A DNA stretch of 63,306 bases, filler included, from Reticulomyxa filosa (lineage: Eukaryota; Protista; Foraminifera), in NCBI GenBank assembly GCA_000512085.1. It is 18 parts of 18 records of this genome, joined end to end, with 100 filler letters (N's around TTAATTAATTAA, not from the genome) between each part and the next. Parts side by side here need not be neighbours in the genome. Positions count along the whole stretch, not along the records: positions 51,072 to 60,853 come from ASPP01007834.1; positions 60,954 to 63,306 come from ASPP01014072.1; 16 more parts are not named here. One strand, written 5' to 3'. Below are positions 52,263 through 63,306 of the stretch, piece by piece. Every line of letters starts with the position of its first letter. Position 1 is the first letter of the stretch. A model generated the notes under the pieces. That model worked only from the letters and a program-made list of their open reading frames with translations, ran no database searches and was not told the origin of the DNA. The position numbers and the translations under genes were made by a program.

Positions 52263-54222
52263 ATGGCAGATCGTGAAGACTCTCCTGAAGCAGACGCTCA
52301 AATTTCCCCTAACGATGGAGAAGTGGATATGGTTGGCGACGAGGTTAACGAACGGATCAAAGTGGCAGTGAGAATACGTCCTTTAAACGCACGTGAAAAA
52401 CAGAAAGAAAGCAAGATAATTGTCAAAGTGGAAGGGAGTTTCTTATGGCTAACAGATCCAACAAAAGGCGTGGATAAAAAATTTGATTATGACTTTGTAT
52501 ATCAATCCTTTGACAGCAATAACTGTGCGACCAATGAAGACATTTTCAAAGTTGTGAACAGATGGAAAGGGAAGGGAAAAGAAAAGGTGGAGAGGGCATA
52601 GTAAGATGGAGAGAAAACTCAGTACAAGAAATAACAACAATAAAAAAATAATAAAAAAATTTGGACCTTTGATTCATCAATGAGGGTTGTTTTGGTTGTG
52701 TACAACAGGATTTGGGACACATGTTTGTAGACAATGCTTTCAGTGGATTCAATGTTATGTAGTCACGAGATAGGGACCATACATATATGCATATGTTTAT
52801 GTATATTTGTAGATTTATATTTATGCTTATATTGTATACTTGCATTCATGTATATGCATATATAACTATACACATATACATGCATATATATTTCTTCCCG
52901 ATTTTTGATAGAGTTTTTTCAAGTGGTCCACAGACACGATTATATGCAAGCGACAAACAATAACAACAAAAATGTATAGGCAAGTGTATTTGCATATGGC
53001 CAGACAGGCTCAGGCAAGACCTTTACAATGTTAGGACATCCAAAATCTCCGGGTTTAATCCCATATGGATGTGAGGAGATATTCAAAAGAATCGATCGTG
53101 ATTACAACGGCACGGATATTCAAGTACCTTTCTTTTGTGCATTGTAGTATTGCGATCATTATTAATGATTGCAACCATTCTGATTGCTTGTTGTTTGTTT
53201 ATGGAATTCCAGAGCAACACACAAAATACAAAATACAAAATACAAAATACAAAATATACAACCAAAAAAAAGATTGAAGTCGAAGCGTCGTACTTGGAAA
53301 TATACATGGACCGTATTTTTGACTTACTTGCCGCGCCGGATCCAAAAAAAAAAACAATCAAAAAAGGGTTTAGTATTTGTGAGTGTAAAAAAAAAGATTG
53401 CAGCCTTGATTTTTACAAACAAAATTTTTTTTTTTTTTAAAAAAAAGAACGGAGAGAAAAAAATTACCGATTCGCTTTCATCCCAAACGTGGTGCATTTG
53501 TTGAAGGTTTGACTATGCATGCAGTTGGAAGTTATGAAGATATACGCAAGTTGATGAATTTGGGAGTTGCTAATCGAACAGTCGCCGAAACACAAATGAA
53601 TAAAATTAGTTCGAGATCTCATTGTATTTTCACCTTGCATATTCAAATGTCACAAGTTTAATTCGCTCAACTTTTTTATTCTATCTATTTGTTTTTTTTT
53701 TTCTTCTCTTTGCCCTCTCCCCTCCCCCCCCCCTTTTGCAATTTATCAACAAACTTGGCAAAAATAATGACAATAGAAATCCTCTGGAGAAATAACACGC
53801 TCTAAAGTAAACCTGATTGATTTGGCGGGCTCAGAACGTGTGAATAAGACGGGTGTTGCTGCTGGTGGAGAAAGGTCCGACTTTTTGAGGATAACAAACC
53901 TCAATTCACACACGAGCCAAATCACAACAACAAAAAAAAAATAAATATAAATAAATGAAAAATAATAAAAAACTGGGAACAGAATGGAAGAGTTGAAGAA
54001 AATCAATTTGTCATTGAATGCATTGGGTGATGTTATATCTGCATTGGCAAGTCGAGCCAAATTTGTACCTTTCAACAACTCGACATTGACAACATTGCTT
54101 AGAGAGTCGTTGTCCGGCAATTCAAAGACCATGTATGTTGTGTTGTGTTGAATTTGTTTTTACGTTGGCAAAGCGGATACATGTACTATTCTTACAATAC
54201 TTTGTTGTTTACAACTACGATG

Positions 54223-54264
<42 letters not shown>

Positions 54265-57200
54265 CAAAAGAATGATGGCAGCGATATCTCCAGCAGAAGA
54301 CAACTTTGAAGAATCAATGTCCACACTACGTTATGCGTCACGTGTGAAGAAAATCAAAACACACGCCAGAAAGAATGCCGCAGAGAGCAAACAAAAAATT
54401 GAACGTGAACTGCGAGCAGAAATCGACCGATTGAAAAAAAAGCTGGAATTGCAACAAGGCAATCAAGGCCAAGTCGATCAAATCACATCGCAAGTCGAAG
54501 CGACCAGCGAATCACTGCGCCGAATTCAAATGGAACATACGCAAAAAATTGATGAGATGAACAAGGCATACGCGAGCATCAGCAAGACCCTGTTGAAGAT
54601 GGGCATCACTGTCGGAGAGTCCGAAGAAAAACAACGACGCGCACCAAAGCTAATCAATATCAGTAGCGATCCATCTCTAAGCGGGTCCATGGTCTTCTTC
54701 CTCGTCAAGTCCGTCATCTCCGTGGGCTGTTCTCCTCAAGGGGCGAATGCCGAACAAGAAAAAAACTGGAAGAGCGTGCTCAAAAAGAATTGCAGCGACA
54801 AATTGCAATTAACAAAGGTGAAAAAGTCGACGAAAAAGATAACTCAGCATCGGATAAAAGGCAAAAGAAGGACCCTTTTGTTGATGGGGTTCCTGATATT
54901 TTATTGTCAAGCAATGTTACTTTATCTTATATTTTTTTTTTTTTTTTTTGAAATAAGCAGAGAGGTAGAGCAAAAAGTACAATGTGACAATGCCAGGATC
55001 CTGGAGTGTTTCCAAAGCATGCCATTTTGTCCGTTCGACGAACCATCGTCGATATTCGACAAGTCGCTATTGATGAACGTGCAAAAGTGTGGAGTTTGCT
55101 GTTAAGTCAATGTTGAAAATAACTACACACTATTCTTTCATATTTTTTTTTTTTCTTTCTCTTTCATTCAATTGGATCCGATAATCAAACAAAAATAAAT
55201 AAGATTTGAGCAATGTGACAAAAATGCGGATGGATTTCTAAATCGTGACGAATTGAACGGCTGGCTAAAACAAATTGTTGCAACAGACAAAGGATATTCC
55301 GGAATAAGTGATTCGGATTATGCCCAATTTTGCAGACAATTACAATGCGATCCTAAAAATGGCCTAACTTTTAACAAGCTGAAAGACCACTACATACCAG
55401 ACATTGAATACGGTGGAATCGTTGTCCGAGGAATTGCCAAAGATTTGCTCACAAAGAAATTACCTGCTGATGTCAAAGAGTTTTTAGGAGAAGAAATACC
55501 AATCCAAAATGTCGGACTTGAAAAAAACGGAATTCGAATTAATACCTCCAGAAAAATCACTATGAAAGTTTAGAGTGTGTGCAAAAATTTTTGTCTTTGT
55601 GTAGGATAAGATATAAATGCAAATGCAACATATACACATATATGTATATGTATATGTATGTATACATTTATATTTGTCTACACATAATAACAAAGGAAAT
55701 AGCCGTATATCAAAAGTCAATTGTAGATATGTTCGAAGAGAGTGGGAAAGGTATGGAAGCATTGTTAATTGGTCCTCCAGATGACGACTCGGATAACTTC
55801 ATTGAAGAGTCGCACATAACGATTGAAGACGCAGATCCAAGCAATGAACGTATAATGATATTTGTGAACGGTGATCGAGTGCGATTTGAACCTGTTCATA
55901 TTAGCAACGGGGACAATGTGTTGTTTGGAAGTCGCCAATTGTTCCAATTGATTGTGCCAATGCAAGCAAGTGACGATATTGAAAAGAAAAAGCGCCGAAA
56001 GAAAGCCGAGTCGGATATGAAGGAACTTGTGGAGAAAGAGCAAGTGTTTTTGTTTAAGAAGCCAGTGGACTCATTGGTTGTGTTTGACAAACTGATGGAA
56101 ATACGATTGAAACAAAAGTGTTACAGCGTAGAAAACTTGGATGTGGAAAAGTTAAAGGCACAGATAATGATGAATCGCCAAGTGTTGGCTCAAAGCGGTG
56201 GCGAAGAAGATTGGGGACTTATGAAAATACACGATCAATTTATGCAAGACTATCGTACGCTATCTACGAAAACACAAACGGCAAATAGCATGTCCTTGGA
56301 ATTGGATCGTGGCCTATTGTTCAACGTCATAACCGCCAAATATTTTGATAGCCTGAAAGACGTCCAGTCGGAACGTATTTTGATTCTTCGCGAATGCCAT
56401 TACACTGAACCTGAATTGCAATTGGAAATGCTCCCTTATCAGTTCGAAGAATTGCTAACACTATTGGAAAGATATTACGAATTGGTCAAGCAAGACGGTG
56501 AAACCATTGCTACTGAGACAATGGATGAAGATCCATTTGTTCCGTCTGAAATTGATGCCTGCTATGGAGTAGCTCGATTGGCCATCACCGGTCGTAAGAT
56601 ACCTCAAGAGCCTATCAAGTTGCCATTAATTATGGCCGGAACCAATGATGAAATTGGATCTTTGCTCGTCGAAGTTGGATTCACTTTGTCCGACTCGTCC
56701 TCGAATAAATGCTATGATTTCCAGCAAATTGAAGACAAAAGTCAAAATGACTTTAGATGTCATCAAATGTACGCTGCAGCAACCAGTAAGGTATTGCCAT
56801 ATTTCTTTTGTCGCTGTTGGCTCAGATGTCATTCGATTCCGATGTGATGGTATGTTGTTTTTAAAATTTAAAATAAATAAATAACTCTACTAATGATTCT
56901 TCAAACTCTCTTTGTGGTTGAAATTAGCTCCAACTGATGGTCCAAAAGGAAAAGAATTTGATTTTGCAGAAGCATATGAAGTACGATCACTGAAAATGAG
57001 CAAGAACTTCCGTAATTTCATCGGCGCAGAAGGTATTCAATTTAAGGTATGGGCACCGGTGTTTGACAATCCTTATGATATGCCTCCGGTTATTGCTAGC
57101 AAATTCAATTCAAAAAATCTCACTATTCGCATACAAACTCCAGATGGTGAGCAATTGAAACTTAATTGTAAAACCGGAAATACTATTACTGCTTTGAAAC

Positions 57201-57895
57201 GAAAAATTGATTTTCAAACAAACATTCCAGAAGATGCTCAAACGTAATTTCATTTCTCTATTTTCTCTCTCTCTCTTGGTCGACTTTTCAATATGTAAAA
57301 TGAAAAAAATCACAGTTTAATTTACGATAAGACAACATTGGAGAATAATCGAACCTTATCAGACTATGGAGTTCCTGAAGATGCATTGTTGCTATTGTTG
57401 GTAGAAACCAAACGTCGCAAATCTGTAGATGCAGAATTTCATCCGCCATTTAAGACACAAAAAGGACTTCTGGAAGGTGTGAGTGAAGAAAAAATATTTG
57501 ATGAAATCGACGATGCAGAAGACAATGACCGAGAAACACTTCCAGAAAGAGTACAAAAAGCGCTGGAAAAAGAATTAACCAATCCTGATCTAAGTGCTGA
57601 AGATAGATCCAAATTGCGAAGGGCCAAAAATCGTAGTGTTCATATTGCATTGTTGGAACAAGACAGCCGCCGTGTGCTCCCGTTAACAATGGAGGGATAT
57701 CAAGAAGAAAACAAAAAGCTCAAAGATTCATTGCGAAAAGCACAAGAACAAATTCAAGCTTTGGAAAGTCAAGTGGTTGCACTTGAAGCAAAACTACAGA
57801 CTTCTGGAACAACAGCCAATAAAACAGACACAAAAAGTGATAAACCCAAGAGTGGCACAAAATTTTTCGGTGCATGGCGCAAAAACAAAGACTAG
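52263..57895 (+). CDS. Kinesin-3-like motor with FHA, inserted EF-hand and C-terminal ubiquitin-like domain (about 14 exons)
   Basis: [10 protein letters not shown]; [11 protein letters not shown] (52990); SYLEIY; [17 protein letters not shown]; LIDLAGSE; SLSGNSKT; AAISPA...[13 protein letters not shown]; kinesin-3 pre-[17 protein letters not shown]; FHA FVNG..GDNVLFG; EF loop [12 protein letters not shown]; Ubl [12 protein letters not shown]. Confidence 0.93.
54225..54262. repeat. (CAA)n microsatellite at an intron 3' end
   Basis: About 13 CAA units directly upstream of the AAAG acceptor of a kinesin exon. Confidence 0.9.
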
Positions 57896-58691
57896 CCTAA
57901 TCTTTTTTCATTTCTGTTTCGTTTTTTTCGTTGAAGGGCCGCTATCAAAAAGATTGATGTGTAAAAATGCCTTCCTGTGATAATATATATAATTTTTTTT
58001 TGCACAATCTTTGACTCTGAGCAGCCATTTGTGATATGTGTTAAATTGGAACTGGAAAACAATGTCTTTTTTCTACTTTGCATTCACTGCACAAATTAGA
58101 AATTACTTTTTTCTTTTTCCAAGTTTTCAATCACACTAAATTATGTGCGAAAAAATTTTAATCAAATAATAAAAAAAACAATTATATCAAAAAAATACAC
58201 GTTTTACTGATATTGTAGAAAAAAGATTGCAATAAACGAGCATTAGCGCAAATTTGTCGACTGACACGACTTGTTTGCGCATTCAAAAAAATATTTAAAC
58301 CCCCTTGTCATAATATGGCTCAAACTAAGTCAGTATGAGATTTTAAAAGATAAGGTGCCGTTTTATGTGTCAACTTTGCATTCTACTGTAGTTCAGAGCA
58401 AAAAGTATTTGTCATTTGTTGTACACAATGATCAATATTCGATATCTTTCTACTTTGTTTTTTTCCAGAATTGTTCAACTTCTCTTTTTCTTATTCTTTG
58501 TTTTGTCTTTGCAATATTGACATATTTGATAGATTTATGCTTTGTATGTAATGCTTATGTAAGTGATTTAAGTCTTGTCCAGTATCAACATATATATAAT
58601 ACACAAATCAAATTTATTATTTGTTCTTTTAACATTTATAGTTTTTTCTTAAATATTTTAAGTAATATTTATATATTATTTAAATTTACTA

Positions 58692-59538
58692 CAGTAGTTT
58701 GAAAAAAAAACTTAAACATATAATGCTACTTTATTAAGACCCTTTTTTTATTTTATTTGAATTTTGTGATTTGTATTGAGATTTAACATTACACCGTTAG
58801 GAAAGCGAAAGACTTGAAAGTACTATTAAGTATCGAAAGTGAAGTTATAGTTTTATTTGTTAATAACTAAGACTTGAAGTTGAATTGCTTATATACGATT
58901 ACAAAAAGATAAAATCGAAACTAACTGAAGAATGTAAAGCAAAGCTACTTAATTTTATTGATGAACAAAAAATTAGACTGTTGATTATTGGAAAAGGTTA
59001 TATTTTTGGAAGAAATAAAAGCTGACTTATATTGAAGTGATTAAATTCACTATATGTTGAAAAAAGAAAAATATCGTACTAGTGATAGATGTTTATAAAG
59101 GTTAACGTTTGGTGGTGTAGCATCATGTCATGTGAGGCTTTGGTGTTAAATGCTTTAATGTTCTTGTGAGATTGAATGATGAGTCAATAACACAATTTAT
59201 TAAAAATATTTTATAATGAAATAAATCAAAATAAAACTTTACAAATGTGATTAAATAAAAATAACACAACTATTAAAAGACATATGCAAAAGTTTAATTG
59301 AATGCCAAACAAATTCAAGCTATTATCGACACCAAAGGAAAGTTAACAAAGTAAACAATATTAAAAAAATTTTCAAATTGTAAGAGGAAAAATTGTTTAA
59401 CCTAGAATGACTTTATTTAAAAGTATGTATCATATTTAAAACACGTTTAAAAAATTATGTCTTAATGTTGTTTTTTCGTGTAGAAAATCAATATCTTCAT
59501 ACTGTGGCATTATATGTGTACTGTTTTTAAAATGACTG
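58692..59538 (+). mobile_element. Internally deleted Tc1/mariner element with TA target sites
   Basis: Begins TA|CAGTAG (58690) and ends GACTG|TA (59540), both with degenerate TIRs. Internal remnants FIDEQK (first D), VNVWWCS (cf. VMVWGC) and QAIIDTKGKLTK. A further well-preserved right TIR lies at 58350-58388. Confidence 0.7.
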
Positions 59539-60188
59539 TATTATTTGTATAATTTGTGTTTTTTATCTGAATATTATTGAAAAAAAAATATTTGATTAAC
59601 AAAATGAAATCAATTTATGAAATTCTTTAATATTTATAAATAATTTGTACTTTACTTAAACTTCTTATACAAATTTTTCATTTTTTTTCCTAAAGATAAA
59701 TTTTTTTTTTTTCATACATTGAGGACAAAAACATTTATTAATCGTAGAAACAATCTAGAATTGATTAGTTTAAACAATTTACATAACTACATACATAAAA
59801 ACTTTCTTTCTAAATATAATATCAATCTTTTGAAAATATTGCTACATTGGCCCCAAGTACATGAACGCAGAATAGTATATCAATTAATTTCAGGCAAAGT
59901 TGTGCTGAATAAATACATATCCCTCATTAAAAGATCCGGTACACCTTAATGCAAATTGTGCGTACACGAAACAGATTACAAAGTTTGGAGTTAAACACTT
60001 TCACTCCATCATCCTTGCGAGATTGATAAAAAAATTTCACTAAAACTTACTTTTTTTTCTCGTTCAAAAAAGGTAAGACAAGAGCGTACTTCATTGCTTC
60101 TTGTGCCAAGAATAAAAACGAACACCAGAAATAATTTCAATTGAAACAAAAAAATGCAAAAAAACAAAAGCAAAGATATACACAAAAT

Positions 60189-60807
60189 TCAATTGCTTTT
60201 GTCTTTTATCGGCTCCAAAGAAGAAGCAGAGACAATGTTTTGATTTGGGACATTGCGCAAACCCCAGAATAAGGAAAATACAATGAAGGCATTGAGCGGG
60301 AAGATGAAAAGGGACAAAAAATAGAGATTCCAATGATACATTAGACAAAGGGAGCCAACAAAAAGAAAGCAAGCAATTTCAAGCAAGGCAATGAAGAGTG
60401 GGACTAAAACAGGAGTGATCAATGTGAAAGTAACATTTAACCGCCACAATTTCGCCAAAATGATTGAGCCAATAAACAGCGCGATGAATAGATACAAAAA
60501 TATCCAACCAACAAATGTGAAATACAGATTAACCAACAATAAAGCATATACAGGCAAAATAAGATCTAGAGCATCGCTTACATCACTCATTTCGAATGGT
60601 AATGATCTTGACAAAAAAGACATCCAATTTGTGGAATTGTTTTGTTTCCTCTTGTAGCTTGAGATCTTTTGTAGCCTCATCTCCAACAGATTCATGTTCA
60701 ATCACATTTATCGTCAATACGGAAGAATTGATCTTTTTGATTATGAATTGTCGAGCAGGTATGAATATAATTGCGGTCCAAATTAAATAAATCGTAATAA
60801 CGCACAT
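60189..60807 (-). CDS. Polytopic membrane protein, last exon
   Basis: Five or more hydrophobic segments across overlapping ORFs 60583-60807 and 60189-60701; no family recognised. Confidence 0.5.
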
Positions 60808-60953
60808 ACGAAAAACAAAACAGAAACATACATAGATGACAATAATTGAAAAANNNNNNNNNNNNNNNNNNNNNNNNNNNNNNNNNNNNNNNNNNNNTTA
60901 ATTAATTAANNNNNNNNNNNNNNNNNNNNNNNNNNNNNNNNNNNNNNNNNNNN

Positions 60954-61802
60954 ATATATGTAATACTCAACAAGTAGTAAAAGTGGACAAAAATACCAAA
61001 AGACTAGACCTTCGCATAACGTGAACAAATTGAATGACAGACTCATCTTGTTTGTCTTGGTTAATCGCACTGGGATGAGCGTCCAATCGCAATCTGCTTC
61101 CACCCAGTCTCGACGTACTCTCTCGCTCTCTGTTTTCTGTCTCTGGTTCTTGTCTGCTCATTTGGATCAACTTTTTTTGCCACATGTTGATGTGTTTATT
61201 GTCATATGTTATATGTACGTATACATACATATACATATATGTATATGTATATATGTATATGTATACACATTTATTTGGTCATAGTTATATAAAAGACTTT
61301 TTTTTTTTTTTTTTTGAGTCGATGACAAAACTTGACTGATTTTCCATAAAAACAACGACAGAGTTGTAATAGACCACACCAAGTCTAAGAGGTAGAGCGC
61401 GATAATGACGCCAAAGATATCAGGCTTTTTGACATCGAGTTGGGGCAGACATGTGACATACGAACCTATCGAATGTGAGCGCACTTCTTTTTGTATTATG
61501 TAAATCCACATCGCATACAGTGTTGCCCCGGACACTACAATGGCCAATCGAATTCTTTGAAGCATGTGTGCACTATAACGTAAGTGGCTCCCCTCAAACA
61601 CCACCGACAGTCTTTTTTTTTTTTTTTTTACGTGTGTTTTCAATCGTTTGTCCATTTGCCATGTACGTTTGCAATTTTGGGCACAGTTTTTTTTTTTTTT
61701 TTTTTTGCATTTACAAATTTTGTGCAAGTATATTGGTCATATTTGTATATACATATACACATATATATTTATTTATTTGTTTATATAAATCTTCTTTTTA
61801 AG

Positions 61803-61833
<31 letters not shown>

Positions 61834-62200
61834 GTGACCTGTAGGTTAATAAACACCACATGCTGACTTTATAGACTGTGTAAAAAAAAAAATTAGCGTC
61901 GTAAGGAAAGCTGCAAATCCAAAAACTTGTGTCAAAATACTCTGCTGGGATAAATAGGTCCACTAGAAATACTCCGTAGTAACATCCTACAAAGAAAGCA
62001 CTTATCATTGTCGTAAACGTCGTGGTCACCATTAAAAACCATGTGCAATGGTCTGCCGAGTGAGGGAGTGCTTTCCTTCTCTTGACGAAGAAGTTGCACG
62101 TTGTAATTGTCAACAATATCGACACAAAAATACCTAATAGTCCACATGCTGCTCCCAAGAGTAGCCAAGAAGCAGGAAGTGCGTCGTTTGGAATTTGCAT
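60954..62200 (-). CDS. Seven-TM/GPCR-like membrane protein, 3' truncated
   Basis: TM1-3 in 61781-62200 with a Cys before TM3 (WICSF) and YR at its end; TM4-5 with an extracellular Cys (VTCLP); a polar third loop; and the start of TM6 (MRRSSLL). Confidence 0.55.
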
Positions 62201-62463
62201 TTTTATTTATTTTCTCTACTCTTTCATTTTTCTACCTTTTTAAAAACACATGGTTTTTTTTTTTTTTTTTTTTAGGATTGGTGTTCCATTTGTTTACAAA
62301 TTTTTGTAACGCACTTGCCAGCGTATTCGATGTTTGGTTTAAAATTCTGTTTGTGTAACAATAACATCCGTGTTGTTGTTCGTTGGTTGCAACGAACGAG
62401 ACGAAAGCGAAAACAGGGTTCTGCCCCAATGCTTTTTTTTTTGAAAAAGCGAATACGTAAGTA

Positions 62464-63214
62464 ATGGGTGATAATCGTTCAGGCTTAGCCTCGACAAAAA
62501 TCAGCAGTAGTGGGATTCATGGGTATGGACATGTGAATCAGAATCAAGCGTATACTCCGACGGATACAGAAACAGATAAAAAAAGAATAACACATTCAGA
62601 ACCTCGACAAGAAACAAATGAAGAATTTCTGAAAAAATATAATAGCAAATCGGTGTTGGAGTTGCACCAAATACTAAGACACAAGCAAGTGAACAGTGTG
62701 AATGTGTTTCAAAAGTACATCAGCCAAGTGTTGGGCAAAATGCATCGTCCAGGTCAAGCATCGTTATTGCACTCAACAAGCAATAGTCCGCAGCACGACA
62801 GGACGAGCGTGACGACGACAGCAAGTCAATTGCATCAACACCAACAAAACGGCAACTACCACAGCAATGAGACGAAGATCAAAGAGGAGGACAAAGAAGA
62901 GGAGAGCAACACTCGAACCAGCATTCCAAAGAGTGAAGAGACAGGAAGGAGTTCGGCCGTCTCGATCCAGTCGGACCGAAGGAAGAGTACGATTTACAAC
63001 GTTAGCATATCGGAGCTACGTATCAACTGTAAGAAAGTGCTACGAGGACATCGACAGAGACCAGCGTCGGTGGATTGGAATTCGAAAACGGGAGACTTGG
63101 TCAGCGTCGCAAGAGACGGCTTGCTCCTCATTTGGGACCCTGTTACCGAGCATAAAAAGTATGCCATCGGGTTGTCGTGTGAATTTGTCATGAGCGTTCG
63201 ATATAGTGCTTCAG
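62464..63214 (+). CDS. G-protein beta-subunit-like WD40 protein with a long N-terminal extension, 3' truncated (absent from the ORF track)
   Basis: Open frame from ATG 62464 to the window end. KKVLRGHRQRPASVDWNSKTGDLVSVARDGLLLIWDPVTEHKKYAIGLSCEFVMSVRYSASG aligns with G-beta RRTLRGHLAKIYAMHW...LVSASQDGKLIIWD..T.NKVHAIPL.SSWVMTCAYAPSG. Confidence 0.8.
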
Positions 63215-63262
63215 GTCGTGTTGTTGATCTGTGTGCTGAAGCCTATATACAAATACATATAA

Positions 63263-63295
<33 letters not shown>

Positions 63296-63306
63296 TTTTT
63301 TTTTTT

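Overview
This window is not one locus. It is 18 short contigs joined by artificial 100-nt spacers (N44-TTAATTAATTAA-N44, stops in all six frames), so adjacency across spacers is meaningless. Seventeen contigs are AT-rich, intron-containing eukaryotic DNA. The kelch-like 'ALIGGSNNHLLFI' and WD40 relics and the intron style suggest a Reticulomyxa-like foraminiferan (inference). One contig (34752-36056) is GC-rich bacterial DNA. Recognisable genes or fragments: COX5B, a TLDc protein, FKBP PPIase, two PDZ-like proteins, an RNF213-like giant E3/AAA+ protein with an intact RZ finger, JMJD4, an ABCC transporter, an ABC1/UbiB kinase relic, midasin, VPS53, a C2H2 zinc-finger protein, a vWA protein, a SAM-coiled coil-FN3-discoidin-like protein, a kinesin-3-like motor, a 7TM protein and a G-beta-like protein (missed by the ORF track). 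Mobile DNA comprises a Ty3/Gypsy pol relic and a Tc1/mariner family. Best leads: (1) a kinesin with an EF-hand module inserted inside its FHA domain plus a C-terminal ubiquitin-like domain; (2) an apparently RING-less, RZ-finger RNF213-like protein in a protist; (3) four decayed tandem paralogous units, one carrying two in-place micro-inversions; (4) a head-to-head 7TM/G-beta-like gene pair. All family calls come from motif recognition by eye. Many frameshifts fall in homopolymers and may be sequencing errors.
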